Positions 20,280-31,091 are shown, counted from the first letter of the whole stretch. The stretch: DNA of 63,476 nt, filler included, from an uncultured bacterium (GCA_964471275.1; 5 parts of 5 records of this genome joined end to end with filler, not necessarily neighbours in it), one strand, 5' to 3'. Program-made: numbers and translations. Notes: a model not told the origin generated them from the sequence alone.

Positions 20280-22094
20280 GTGGCAGCACTGAAATCGCTG
20301 GACGATCTCAAATCACGAATCACTCGCGAGCAACTGCTGAACGCCAAGCAGCACGGCTTCAGCGACAAACAGCTCGGGTATCTGTGGAAGACCGATGAGT
20401 GGACGGTCCGCGACCTGCGAAAAGCTCTGGATGTGATTCCTGTCTACAAGACAGTAGATACGTGCGCGGCTGAATTCGAGGCATATACCCCATATCACTA
20501 CTCGACCTACGAAACCGAAAACGAGGCGACACGCTCCGACAACCGGAAGATCATGATTCTGGGAGGAGGCCCCAATCGGATTGGTCAGGGCATCGAGTTC
20601 GACTACTGTTGCTGTCACGCATCCTTCGCGCTTCGGGAAGACGGTATCGAGACCATCATGGTCAATTCGAACCCGGAGACAGTCAGCACCGACTATGACA
20701 CGTCAGACAAACTCTACTTCGAACCGCTCACCGCGGAGGACGTTCTCGCCATCGCCGATCTGGAGCGGCCGGACGGGGTGATCGTGCAGTTCGGGGGTCA
20801 GACACCTCTGAACCTGGCACGTGATCTGGAGCGTGGCGGTCTCAACATTGTGGGAACCTCCCCCGACAGCATCGATCTCGCTGAAGATCGGAAGCGGTTT
20901 GGTGCTTTGATCGAAGAACTCGGTATCAAACAGCCTGAGAACGGGACGGCGACAAACGTGATGGAGGCGGTCGGCATCGCGGAATCCATCGGTTTCCCCG
21001 TCCTTGTTCGGCCGTCATACGTCCTGGGTGGGCGTGCGATGGCAATCGTCTACGACACCGACGCGCTCGTCAGCTACGTTGAAAACGCAATCGACGCCTC
21101 CCCGGAGCGGCCGATACTGGTCGACCGGTATCTGCAGAACGCCCACGAATTCGATGTCGATGCGGTAGCTGATCCAACGGCAATCGTCATCGGCGGAGTC
21201 ATGCAACATATCGAGAGTGCGGGCGTTCATTCAGGTGACAGCGCCTGCGTCCTACCCCCATACGACATCACGGACGCCAACCTCGCCCTGCTCAAGAAAC
21301 ACACGCACAAGCTGGCTCGAGCGCTTGGCGTGGTTGGCCTGATGAACGTTCAGTATGCGATTCAGGACGACGAAGTCTACATCATCGAGGTCAATCCTCG
21401 CGCCTCGCGCACCGTGCCGTTCGTCAGCAAGACCATCGGCGTTCCGCTCGCGAAGGTTGCCGCGAGGGCGATGGTCGGACACGCCCTGGAGAAACAGGGG
21501 TTCACGGCTGAAGTCGCGTTTGACCACATCGCAGTCAAGGAAGCCGTCCTTCCGTTCAACAAGTTTCCCGGCGTGGATGCCCTCCTCGGCCCGGAGATGA
21601 AGTCGACGGGCGAGGTGATGGGAATCGACACGGACTTCGGACTCAGTTTCCAGAAAGCCCAGCTTGGAGCAGGCGTCAGGTTGCCCGTGTCGGGAACCGT
21701 GTTCGTCAGCGTCAACGATCACGACAAAGAGGGCGTGGTCGACACGGCCAGACAGATCATGGATGCAGGATTCCGGATCGTGGCGACACAGGGCACACAG
21801 CAGTTCCTGGAAAGCAGGGGGATCGCAGCAGAGCGGATCCTGAAGATCCGAGAGGGACGTCCACATATCCTGGACGAGATCAAGAACGATGAGATCGCCT
21901 TGATGATCAATACACCCGCAGGAGAAAAGACTCGATCCGACGACCACCAGATTCGCCAGGCGGCCGTGCAGTACGGTGTGCCCTACACGACGACCCTTGC
22001 CGGGGCCCAGGCGATGGTGGCTGCGATCGAGTCGCTGAAGAAGGACCAGACCGTCCGTATCCGCTCACTTCAGGAATTCCACGCGACCGTCTGA
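20280..22094 (+). CDS. carB: Carbamoyl-phosphate synthase large subunit, C-terminal half
   Basis: Own GGAG RBS and GTG start; VDTCAAEF, GPNRIGQGIEFDYCC and MGS domain. Confidence 0.95.
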   Translation: MAALKSLDDLKSRITREQLLNAKQHGFSDKQLGYLWKTDEWTVRDLRKALDVIPVYKTVDTCAAEFEAYTPYHYSTYETENEATRSDNRKIMILGGGPNRIGQGIEFDYCCCHASFALREDGIETIMVNSNPETVSTDYDTSDKLYFEPLTAEDVLAIADLERPDGVIVQFGGQTPLNLARDLERGGLNIVGTSPDSIDLAEDRKRFGALIEELGIKQPENGTATNVMEAVGIAESIGFPVLVRPSYVLGGRAMAIVYDTDALVSYVENAIDASPERPILVDRYLQNAHEFDVDAVADPTAIVIGGVMQHIESAGVHSGDSACVLPPYDITDANLALLKKHTHKLARALGVVGLMNVQYAIQDDEVYIIEVNPRASRTVPFVSKTIGVPLAKVAARAMVGHALEKQGFTAEVAFDHIAVKEAVLPFNKFPGVDALLGPEMKSTGEVMGIDTDFGLSFQKAQLGAGVRLPVSGTVFVSVNDHDKEGVVDTARQIMDAGFRIVATQGTQQFLESRGIAAERILKIREGRPHILDEIKNDEIALMINTPAGEKTRSDDHQIRQAAVQYGVPYTTTLAGAQAMVAAIESLKKDQTVRIRSLQEFHATV

Positions 22095-22096
22095 CC

Positions 22097-24274
22097 ATGG
22101 CCGGATGGACTCGACTTACTCTCGCCGCCCTCATGTTCTGCTCGCTCCCCGCGTGTGTCTACTACAACACCTTCTACAACGCCAGGAAACAGTTCAGCGA
22201 CGCCCATTCCCAGAGACTGGCCTCCGAAGCCGAGCCCGATAATCGGATCCTCGCCAACGCCTACCGGGACTACTACCTCTCTGCGATCAAGAAAGCTTCA
22301 GCTGTTCTGGATCTCTACCCGGACAGCAAATGGATTGACGACAGCCTTTTGCTGATCGGTAAGTCCTACTACTGGCGGGGCGAGCACAAAGAGGCCATCC
22401 TCAAGTACGACGAGATTCTAGAAAATTTCCCGGATAGCGAACTGGTAACGGAAGCGCAGTACTGGAAGGCGATCGCGCTCTGGGGAAATGAGACCATAAC
22501 GTTGAGTCGAGAGCTCCTCGAGCAAATCAGTGGGTCCGATGACCGGATATATGCCGGGCAGGCCCGGTTGGCGTTGGCCGAACTGGAGCATTCCCAGGAG
22601 AGCTACGACCGCGCGGTCAAGGCATATCTCAGCCTGGTCGGCACGTTGACGGACCGTGAGTTGGAGACACGACTCTGGAAGGGCCTGGGCGACACCTACT
22701 ACGCCCAGGGGAGCCTGGAGAACGCGCTCAATGCCTATGCGAAGGTCCTCGAGACCGGACCGGATCCGGTCATCAGCTACCAGACACAGCTGCAGATCGG
22801 GGCGAGTCAGGAACTCATGGGGAATCTCGATGCCGCACTGATCACCTACCGGCGGCTCGAGCGTACAAAGCGATTCCGACTGTATCAGCCTAAGATCCAG
22901 TTGAGAATGGCGAATGTCTACCGCTTGACGGGCGATATCGAAGGCGCCCTAGGTGCGTATCAAGAGATCATCAAGCAGAACTCGAGAACAGAAACCAGCG
23001 CCGAAGCCTATTACCAGATCGCGATGATCGAACATCAGGTCAGAAAAGACAACAAGGTGGCGCTCGAATTGTTTGCGAAGGCACGGAAAGAGCGATCGAG
23101 TTCCGAGGCAGCCGTTCGAGCAAGAGAGATGGAGACCACGCTATTCCAGCTGGATCGCTTCAGGAAGCGTGCTGATAAAGAGACCAAGCAGGGCAACGAA
23201 GCCCTGTTCAGCGTTGCAGAGATCTACCTCTTCAGTCTCGGCGAGGTAGACTCTGCCCTCAGCACGTACAAGCGGGTATTGGCAAGGGAAGACAGTCTCA
23301 ACACACCCAAAGCGCTCTATGGCATCGGGATGATATATGCGGATAGCCTGGACAAGAAGGAAGAGGCCGATCGCATATTCCAAACGCTGGTAGACGAATA
23401 TCCTGTGACCCCCTACGCAGTCGACGCCCGACGTCGGATCGGACAGGACCGATCGGATGACGTCCTGGCGGAGGCCCGGTATGTCGAGGCGGAGGCGCTA
23501 AAAGCCGAGGGAGCCGATCCCGTCGATGTCGTCAGGATTCTCCAACAGGTCACCGAGGAATACCCCAACAGCCTTTACGCGCCAAAGGCACTGTTTGCGC
23601 TCGGATGGGCGTACGAGAATGACATCGGCGATCTCGATGCCGCAACCCGGAACTACAGGCTTCTGATTGACACGTATCCGATGACCGACTTCGCCGATGT
23701 ATCCGAGGACAAGGTGAAGCAGATCGCCAGGGAACTACGCGAGGCCAAGCGGGAGAAGGATCGAGCCGAGCGCGAAGCAAAGAAGGCGGAGACCAAGGAA
23801 GAGACACCGACAAAACAGGCCTCAAAAGACCCACAGTCGCCCTCTGGCAACCTCGGCAGTCCGGATTCAAGCACAGCGACACCCGTCCACAAGGAGATCG
23901 ATGCGGCGCGGGAGGACACACCACCGACACAAACCGATATGAAACAGACTGAAGGTCCTTTGGAAGCCGGTCAGATAGAGCAACTCCCGTCGATTGTGAG
24001 TGCACCCGCGCCACGCCCTCGTGAGGAACTGGAGGAAGAGGATATAGATCCAAACGTGATGGTGCGCATTCTTGTCGGCAAGAATGGCCGGGTCAAACGC
24101 GTCGTCGTCGTGGAAGGTGCGGAGGTCCTGCACGAAGCGGCAGTCGACGCCGCATTCGAATATATCTTCACACCCGGTAAACATGAAGACCAGCCCAGAG
24201 AAGTCTGGATGGAATTCCCAATCACGTTCATCAGCCCCGAACAGGCAACCGGCGACGAGGGAGAACCACAATAG
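22097..24274 (+). CDS. TPR lipoprotein with a C-terminal TonB_C domain
   Basis: LPAC lipobox, YYNTFYNA, many BamD-like TPRs (YPxS), and C-terminal VRILVGKNGRV...AAVDAA...FTPG...VWMEFPITF. Confidence 0.75.
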   Translation: MAGWTRLTLAALMFCSLPACVYYNTFYNARKQFSDAHSQRLASEAEPDNRILANAYRDYYLSAIKKASAVLDLYPDSKWIDDSLLLIGKSYYWRGEHKEAILKYDEILENFPDSELVTEAQYWKAIALWGNETITLSRELLEQISGSDDRIYAGQARLALAELEHSQESYDRAVKAYLSLVGTLTDRELETRLWKGLGDTYYAQGSLENALNAYAKVLETGPDPVISYQTQLQIGASQELMGNLDAALITYRRLERTKRFRLYQPKIQLRMANVYRLTGDIEGALGAYQEIIKQNSRTETSAEAYYQIAMIEHQVRKDNKVALELFAKARKERSSSEAAVRAREMETTLFQLDRFRKRADKETKQGNEALFSVAEIYLFSLGEVDSALSTYKRVLAREDSLNTPKALYGIGMIYADSLDKKEEADRIFQTLVDEYPVTPYAVDARRRIGQDRSDDVLAEARYVEAEALKAEGADPVDVVRILQQVTEEYPNSLYAPKALFALGWAYENDIGDLDAATRNYRLLIDTYPMTDFADVSEDKVKQIARELREAKREKDRAEREAKKAETKEETPTKQASKDPQSPSGNLGSPDSSTATPVHKEIDAAREDTPPTQTDMKQTEGPLEAGQIEQLPSIVSAPAPRPREELEEEDIDPNVMVRILVGKNGRVKRVVVVEGAEVLHEAAVDAAFEYIFTPGKHEDQPREVWMEFPITFISPEQATGDEGEPQ

Positions 24275-25065
24275 ACACACCGATACCCAGCTTCGCGAGA
24301 GAGACCGCGCAGATTCTGTCGAACGAGTCGGTTGCCGACGGAATCCGCGTGATGCGGCTCTCGGCAGAACTGTCGCAGACCGCCAAACCCGCCCAATTCG
24401 TGAACATCCAGACGGACTCGGGTCTGTCCCCCTTCCTGCGGCGTCCGCTCAGCATCCTGAATGCAGATGTGCGGGAAGGCTGGATCGAAATCTACTACGA
24501 CGTGATCGGTCCCGGCACACGTCGTCTGGCGTGCATGTCGGATGGAGATAGGCTTGACCTGATCGGTCCCCTTGGCATCCCTTTCGAGCCGGTCACTCCG
24601 AGGACGCTTCTCGTCGGAGGCGGGGTGGGTGTGGTGCCCCTGGCCTTCCTTGCCTGGCATTACCCGGACACGCGCGATCGGCTGGAACTGCTGATGGGAG
24701 CGGCAACGGCTGACCTGATGCCGAATCCGACCCGGATCGTGCCCACCGACCTGAAGACCGTCCTGGCAACCGACGATGGCAGCATCGGTCACCACGGGTT
24801 TGTGACGGACCTCATCGCAGATCGCCTGGACGAGGATACATCGATCCTGACCTGCGGTCCTCAGGGCATGATGGCCCACGTCGCAGAGATCGCGGCAGCC
24901 GCTTCAGTGCCCTGCTATGCGTCTCTCGAAAACCACATGGCCTGCGGATTCGGTGCCTGTGTCGGGTGTGTTGTCGAGTACAGAGAGTACGATCGGGACG
25001 ATCGGAGATACAGACGCGTATGCATCGAGGGTCCCGTCGTCAACGCCAGCGAGATTGTGTGGTAG
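24271..25065 (+). CDS. pyrK: Dihydroorotate dehydrogenase electron-transfer subunit
   Basis: RRPLS, GPLG, GGGVG, CGP and MACGFGACVGC...C motifs; probable ATA start. Confidence 0.9.
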   Translation: MDTPIPSFARETAQILSNESVADGIRVMRLSAELSQTAKPAQFVNIQTDSGLSPFLRRPLSILNADVREGWIEIYYDVIGPGTRRLACMSDGDRLDLIGPLGIPFEPVTPRTLLVGGGVGVVPLAFLAWHYPDTRDRLELLMGAATADLMPNPTRIVPTDLKTVLATDDGSIGHHGFVTDLIADRLDEDTSILTCGPQGMMAHVAEIAAAASVPCYASLENHMACGFGACVGCVVEYREYDRDDRRYRRVCIEGPVVNASEIVW

Positions 25066-25067
25066 AC

Positions 25068-25982
25068 ATGGATCTGTCAGTAGACGTCGGAGGCGGGCTG
25101 ACCGTGAAGAATCCGATACTCATGGCCTCCGGGACTTTTGGCCACGGGGCGGAGTATGGCGGCCTGTTCGACCTGTCGACCATCGGAGGCGTGGTCACAA
25201 AGACAATCACGCGGAATCCCAGGGCTGGCAACTCGCCGCCTCGCACAGCTGAGACCCCGTCGGGTATGTTGAACTCCATCGGACTGACCAACCCGGGACT
25301 CGAGGGATTTATCGAAGAGAAGGTTCCGGCGCTGGAAGCGCTGGACACCACCCGTGTCGTCTCGATCGCCGGAACATCGAGTGATGAATTCGCAGAAATG
25401 GCCACGGCATTGTGCGAGCGGGGTGGGTTCGATGCACTTGAGCTCAACGTCTCGTCCCCGAATATGAAGGACGGTGGAATGCTCTTCGGCTGCAGAGAGG
25501 AAACGTCAGCAGAAGTCACGCGCGCAGTCAAAGCGGTCGCTACCGTTCCCGTGATCGTAAAGCTGACACCCAACGTCACCGACATTACCGTAATCGCCAA
25601 GGCTGTAGAAGAGGCTGGCGCCGACGGAATCGCCATGATCAACACTTTGCTGGGGATGGCGATCGACATCGACAACCGGAAGCCGATTCTCGGGAACATC
25701 ACGGGGGGGCTATCGGGCCCGGCGATCAAGCCCGTTGCCCTGGCCCTGGTGTGGAGGGTAGCCCAGGCAGTCACGATCCCGATCTTGGGAATGGGTGGCA
25801 TCACAACCGGACGCGACGCGGTCGAGTTCCTGATTGCCGGGGCGTCCGCAGTCCAGGTGGGTACGGCGACTTTTGTGAACCCGCTGGCCGGCCCCGAGAT
25901 CCTGGAAGGCGTTATCGCCTATTGCCAGGAGCGGGACATCGAAGATATTAGAGACCTAATCGGCTCTCTCAAAACCGGGTGA
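25068..25982 (+). CDS. pyrD: Dihydroorotate dehydrogenase B, catalytic subunit
   Basis: KNP..ASGTFG, MLNSIGL.NPG, KLTPN and GGLSGPAIKP motifs. Confidence 0.95.
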   Translation: MDLSVDVGGGLTVKNPILMASGTFGHGAEYGGLFDLSTIGGVVTKTITRNPRAGNSPPRTAETPSGMLNSIGLTNPGLEGFIEEKVPALEALDTTRVVSIAGTSSDEFAEMATALCERGGFDALELNVSSPNMKDGGMLFGCREETSAEVTRAVKAVATVPVIVKLTPNVTDITVIAKAVEEAGADGIAMINTLLGMAIDIDNRKPILGNITGGLSGPAIKPVALALVWRVAQAVTIPILGMGGITTGRDAVEFLIAGASAVQVGTATFVNPLAGPEILEGVIAYCQERDIEDIRDLIGSLKTG

Positions 25983-26157
25983 GTGGGGAGGTGCCTGCCA
26001 ACCGAATCCTGCGCTGCACGCTGCTCGGTCTGGCGGCCAGCCTGACGGCGTGTACGGCCTCACCGCGATACCCCCGGCCCCCCCCCCCCGCGGGGGGGGC
26101 GGGGGCGGGGGGGGGAGGGGGGTCCGCCCGCTCGGGGGAGGGGGGGACCCGGGGGGG
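25979..26157 (+). CDS. Lipoprotein N-terminus (possibly RlpA-like), truncated
   Basis: LTAC lipobox then TASPRY; runs into poly-G/C low-quality sequence. Confidence 0.35.
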
Positions 26158-26257
26158 NNNNNNNNNNNNNNNNNNNNNNNNNNNNNNNNNNNNNNNNNNN
26201 NTTAATTAATTAANNNNNNNNNNNNNNNNNNNNNNNNNNNNNNNNNNNNNNNNNNNN
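26158..26257. other. Artificial contig linker
   Basis: N-TTAATTAATTAA-N. Confidence 0.99.
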
Positions 26258-26259
26258 AG

Positions 26260-27924
26260 AAGGAAGTCGACATCAACGATGAGATCAACCGTTTGCGGCT
26301 GAGGGCCACGAGTGCGCTCCACTCGCGGAACGATGTGATCATTGTTGCGAGCGTGTCGTGCATCTACGGGATTGGAAACCCCGATGAGTATGATCGATTG
26401 CACGTGAAGCTGAAGAAGGGCGAAGAGATCGATCGGGATGAGATGCTTCGGAAACTGGTCGACATCCACTTCACGCGGAACGATCTGGCTTTCGAGCCTG
26501 GGACTTTCCGTGTTCGGGGGGATGTGGTCGAAATTCGGCCCATGGAGCAGGAACTGGCCGTTCGTATCGAGCTCTGGGGAGACGAGGTCGAATCGATCTC
26601 GATGATCAATATCCTGACGGGCGAGGTCGTCGAAGAGACCGAGGAGATGTCAATCTTTCCAGCCAAGCATTTTGTGACATCCGGTGATCGTATCGAGCGA
26701 GCGATTCTGGATATGGAGGTCGATCTGGCACTCCGACTGGAGGAGTTTCGGACAGAGGGAAAGCTGCTCGAGGCCCAACGACTGGAGACGCGCACTCGCT
26801 ACGATATCGAGATGATGCGTGAGATTGGATTCTGTCCGGGAATCGAGAATTACTCGCGCTATATCGACGGTCGTAAGCCGGGCGAGCCGCCCTATGTGCT
26901 GCTGGATTTCTTCGGGGACGACTACCTGATGGTGATCGACGAGTCTCACGTGACGATGCCCCAGGTAAGAGGGATGTGGAAAGGCGATCGGACCCGTAAG
27001 GAGACGCTGGTGGATCACGGATTCCGTCTGCCCGCCGCGATCGACAACCGGCCGCTCTATCACGAAGAGTTCGAGGGTAAGATCCAACAGGTTGTGTTCA
27101 TGTCGGCCACACCCTCTGACTACGAACTGGAGAAGTCCGAGGGCGTGGTGGTCGAGCAGGTAATACGTCCGACAGGGCTGCTCGACCCCCTGATCGAGGT
27201 CAGACCAGTCCGTGGGCAGGTCGACGATCTGGTTGAGGAAGCACGTGTCCGGATAGAGAGCAGTGAGCGCGTCCTTGTGACAACGCTGACAAAGCGAATG
27301 GCCGAGGACCTGGCAGACTACATGCGAGACATCGGGATCCGGGCCCGGTATATGCATTCGGAAATCGATTCACTGGACCGGGTAGAGATCATCAGGGATC
27401 TCCGATTGGGTAAGTTTGACGTCCTGGTCGGAGTCAATCTCCTGCGTGAGGGACTGGATATGCCTGAGGTTTCACTCGTCGCCATCCTCGATGCGGACAA
27501 GGAAGGATATCTCCGGTCGGAGCGCTCGCTGATTCAAACTGCAGGCCGCGCGGCCCGGAACGTGGGGGGAACGGTCATCATGTATGGTGACAGGGTGACT
27601 GATTCCATGCAGCGTGCGATCGACGAGACGGACCGTCGACGGAAGATTCAGTCTGCATACAACGAAGAGAACAGGATTGTTCCTGAAACGGTATTCAAGT
27701 CCGAAGAGGAGATCCTGCAGGTGACACGGGTGACCGAGGACGCCAAGATGGAAGACGATCGCGTCACCGAACCCGATCCTGTGTATGATCCGGATCGCGA
27801 TCCGACAGAGCTGATCGCAGAGCTGGAGAAGAAGATGTCGGCTGCCGCAGCAGATCTGGATTTCGAGAAGGCAGCGGAGTGTCGGGACGAGATCGTCAGA
27901 ATCAAAGAAAAGCTGCTCCAATAA
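26260..27924 (+). CDS. uvrB: Excinuclease ABC subunit B, 5'-truncated
   Basis: [25 protein letters not shown] and QTAGRAAR motifs; C-terminal UVR domain. Confidence 0.97.
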   Translation, partial: KEVDINDEINRLRLRATSALHSRNDVIIVASVSCIYGIGNPDEYDRLHVKLKKGEEIDRDEMLRKLVDIHFTRNDLAFEPGTFRVRGDVVEIRPMEQELAVRIELWGDEVESISMINILTGEVVEETEEMSIFPAKHFVTSGDRIERAILDMEVDLALRLEEFRTEGKLLEAQRLETRTRYDIEMMREIGFCPGIENYSRYIDGRKPGEPPYVLLDFFGDDYLMVIDESHVTMPQVRGMWKGDRTRKETLVDHGFRLPAAIDNRPLYHEEFEGKIQQVVFMSATPSDYELEKSEGVVVEQVIRPTGLLDPLIEVRPVRGQVDDLVEEARVRIESSERVLVTTLTKRMAEDLADYMRDIGIRARYMHSEIDSLDRVEIIRDLRLGKFDVLVGVNLLREGLDMPEVSLVAILDADKEGYLRSERSLIQTAGRAARNVGGTVIMYGDRVTDSMQRAIDETDRRRKIQSAYNEENRIVPETVFKSEEEILQVTRVTEDAKMEDDRVTEPDPVYDPDRDPTELIAELEKKMSAAAADLDFEKAAECRDEIVRIKEKLLQ

Positions 27925-27943
27925 CGGAAGAATGGAACCCTGA

Positions 27944-28801
27944 ATGGCAGAACTGAACAGAGACGATGCACAGCAGCTGATCGACATCGCGCTTGCGGAA
28001 GACGTGGGGGCGGGTGATATCACGAGCAATTGGACCGTTCCCGAAGAGAAGACGGCAACGGCGCACTTTGTCGCGAAGGCGATCGGTGTGATCGCCGGTC
28101 TGGACATCGCGGAATGGGTTTTCAATACCGTGGATGGCGAGGTTCGGTTCGAATCCAGGGCCGTGGATGGTGACAACGTAAGGCCTGGAGACCGTATTGC
28201 GGTCGTAACAGGATCAGCTCGGGCCTTGCTCACGGCAGAGCGGACGGCACTCAACTTTCTCCAGCGAATGTCAGGTGTGGCGTCACTGACGTCTCGTTTT
28301 GTACGGCTTGTGGCGCATACGGATGTGTCGATTCTCGATACCCGAAAGACCATCCCGGGTTGGCGGTATCTCGATAAGTACGCTGTCGCGGCAGGAGGGG
28401 GGCGGAATCACCGCTTTGGTCTGTTTGATATGGTACTGATCAAGGAGAACCACATTGAGGCGGCTGACGGAATCGGTCCTGCTGTGTCCGGCGTCCGGCG
28501 TCACCTCAATGGGGGGCCGTCCGAGGTCAAGATCGAGGTCGAGGTGAAGAACCTAGTCGAATTGGAGGAAGCGATAATGGCGAATGTGGACTGGGTTATG
28601 CTGGATAATATGGATGTTGACCAGATGACGGATGCCGTCAGGCTCGTGAAGAACCAGGGCGGCGGGCCGTTTCTCGAAGCCTCCGGGAATGTCAGTCTGA
28701 ACGGGGTAAAGGAGATCGCGGAAACCGGTGTCGACTATATTTCAGTCGGTTCGCTGACGCATTCCGCGACTGCACTCGATATCAGCATGCTCTTCCAATA
28801 G
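27944..28801 (+). CDS. nadC: Quinolinate phosphoribosyltransferase
   Basis: DTRKTIPG, NHRFGL, IKENH, MLDN and EASG motifs. Confidence 0.96.
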   Translation: MAELNRDDAQQLIDIALAEDVGAGDITSNWTVPEEKTATAHFVAKAIGVIAGLDIAEWVFNTVDGEVRFESRAVDGDNVRPGDRIAVVTGSARALLTAERTALNFLQRMSGVASLTSRFVRLVAHTDVSILDTRKTIPGWRYLDKYAVAAGGGRNHRFGLFDMVLIKENHIEAADGIGPAVSGVRRHLNGGPSEVKIEVEVKNLVELEEAIMANVDWVMLDNMDVDQMTDAVRLVKNQGGGPFLEASGNVSLNGVKEIAETGVDYISVGSLTHSATALDISMLFQ

Positions 28802-29052
28802 GACGCATTCGCGAGGCGTGGCATCTGCGCTCGCCGAAGGCTGTTCCTCCGGCCAGGACCGACACTTGCCCTCGACTTCGCCCAAAGGATCAGTGCTCCC
28901 GGTTGCACCAAAACTACATCGGACAGACGGTAAGGTTGTGAATTCTCGCTGAGCGGTTTCAGGTTCACGCATAATCCCGATTCATTACGCGATTGTGGTG
29001 ACAGTACCTGTCGAGACACGAAGACGTCTTCGGACAAGCTGTGACAGTGTGT

Positions 29053-29397
29053 CTATGCCAACACGATCGCCTGATCGAGTTTGTTGTCGGATATCGCACT
29101 GTCGATGTAGAAGCCGAGCATGTAGATCTCCAGGATACCGAGTATCGCCGATTCTCTTGCGATGATTTCCCAGCGATAGAACAGGAAGGCCAGGAGCTGC
29201 CTGTAAGCGCGTGGCAGTATTTCATACCCGTATCGATCGGTGCTTCGGATCGGTGCGTCTTCGCGGAGCCTTATCTGGTTTTTCCGGTCCCCAGTCAGGT
29301 GTGCCAGGATCGCACCGTTGTGGAGCGATATCGCCAGAATGGCAGGAAGCATCGACGGGCCCCAGAGCTGGACGAAGATGTAGGCCTGCACGTACTC
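29053..29397 (-). pseudogene. PhnE/PtxC-type ABC permease, C-terminal fragment
   Basis: GPSMLPAILAISLHNG...YEILPR...YRWEIIARESAILG; N-terminal part absent. Confidence 0.7.
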
Positions 29398-29541
29398 GGG
29401 CGTTGTTTCGCAACTACTACGGGGTGTAACAGAAAATAGCGGGGAAGCGACTCGCAGAGAGGAAGTTACAATCCTTCACTTCTTGGTCCGATAATCAAAG
29501 TGTCCAAATCTTGCCCATCCGGAGTGAGAAACAGTGTTTTA

Positions 29542-29765
29542 CTACGCCGTCTGGCTCCGTTCTTCAGACTCCCCCCCATCCTCACACTTGCCATCCAGAC
29601 CCAGATTCTCCATCGCAGTGACCTTCCTCTCGGCTGAGGTGTGTATATAACGCATCGTCATTTCAATGTTCTTGTGTCCCATCAACTCCATTATCGTCCT
29701 CGGGTCCACACCGTTTGCGGCAAGCCTGGTGCCAAAGGCGTGCCTCAGGTCGTGAACACTCATCA
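29542..29765 (-). mobile_element. Tyrosine recombinase C-terminal remnant
   Basis: HDLRH...LMGH...MTMRY catalytic motifs; rest of the integrase is missing. Confidence 0.85.
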
Positions 29766-29818
29766 GGTGTCGTATACACCGCGGGCGGAGCACGCGAGCT
29801 CCGTCTACCGATCGGTCG

Positions 29819-30871
29819 CTATACAAACTTCAGTGCGTGCTCGTCGGACGCCGAGACTTCACCAACGATTGACGCGTCGTCGATGCCGACATCGTTGAGC
29901 CGTTCGAGCAACCCCTTTGCCTCTTCTTTGCTCAGGGACAGCAGCAACCCGCCGCTCGTCTGCGGGTCCACGAGGAGTTCCTGCTGTTGCATGCTGATCG
30001 ACGAAGCGAACGACACGTGATTCTCGATCAGAGCACGGTTTTCAGTATTCGCACCCGTTGTCACCCCCCGCTGATACATCTCGAGGGCCTCCGGCATTAC
30101 CGGTACTTCACTCGCGTGCATCGTGACGGTCACGTCCGACCCTTGGGCCATCTCGAGTGTGTGACCCGCAAGTCCGAATCCCGTGATGTCAGTTGCCGCG
30201 TGTATGTCGAAATCTCGTGCGATCTCCGCTGGTCGACGATTCAGTGTGGTGATTGTTGCTATACAGGCCTGCAAGGCATCGTCAGAGACCCATCCTTTCA
30301 GGTTCGCGTTGAACAGGACCCCGCTGCCAATCCGTTTGGTCAGGATGAGCAGGTCTCCTTCCTGAGCCCCAACATTGGCCCAGTAGTGCTCCGGGTTGAC
30401 GATCCCCGTAACGGAGAGCCCAAACTTGGGCTCGTCATCGTCGGTCGTATGACCCCCGGCGAGGACCGCGCCCGCTTCGGTGATCTTGCTGAGTGCTCCC
30501 TCCACGATCCCGTGTAAGACCTCCTCATCGAGATCTCTGCTCGGAAATCCTGCAAGGTTAAGGCACGTGAGCGGTCTGCCGCACATCGCATAGACATCGC
30601 TCAGCGAATTCGCCGCCGCTATCTGCCCGAAGGTGAACGGATCGTCAACGGGGGGGGTGATGATGTCTGCGGTTACGACGATGGCCTGGTCGTCGGATAG
30701 TCGATAGATGCCGGCGTCGTCCGACGTGTCGAATCCGACAAGCAGGTTGGGGTCATCCACTCTTGGCAGCCTGGCGAGCAGTTTTTCCAGTCCGACCGGA
30801 CTGATTTTGGCTGCTCAGCCGCAGGTCTTTGCGAGACCGGTCAGGGTCTTCTTTTTATTACCGAAGAGCAT
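29819..30871 (-). CDS. selD: Selenophosphate synthetase, Sec-containing
   Basis: GGAG RBS and ATG at 30871; TCG-U(TGA 30815-30817)-AAKI; DDAG, NSLSDVYAM, TDITGFGL and DPQTSGGLL motifs. Confidence 0.93.
30788..30803 (-). promoter_or_regulatory. Bacterial SECIS hairpin
   Basis: CAGUCC-GGUC-GGACUG starting 11 nt after the UGA, with G in the apical loop. Confidence 0.75.
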
Positions 30872-31091
30872 TCAGACTCCTGTTTCCACGAGGTTTGTGC
30901 ATCGATAGGGTGGTCCGGGGAATTCGGGGATCTAGTCGTGTGACAATGTCTTTGGAGGTTACTTGCCGCCCACCCTTCGCTAAGACGTGTAGACAACCTA
31001 CTCTAACAAGGCACCGGTATCTGTCTGGCTACTACGTCACTCAGGGCGAACGAGGGTAACCCTTGCTGCTCCCAGGAAAAACCTTGTAGGA

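Noticed and set aside
26070..26157. Poly-G/C tract encoding PPPP/GGGG (G-quadruplex-like)
   Set aside because: Lies at a contig end; typical low-quality sequencing artefact
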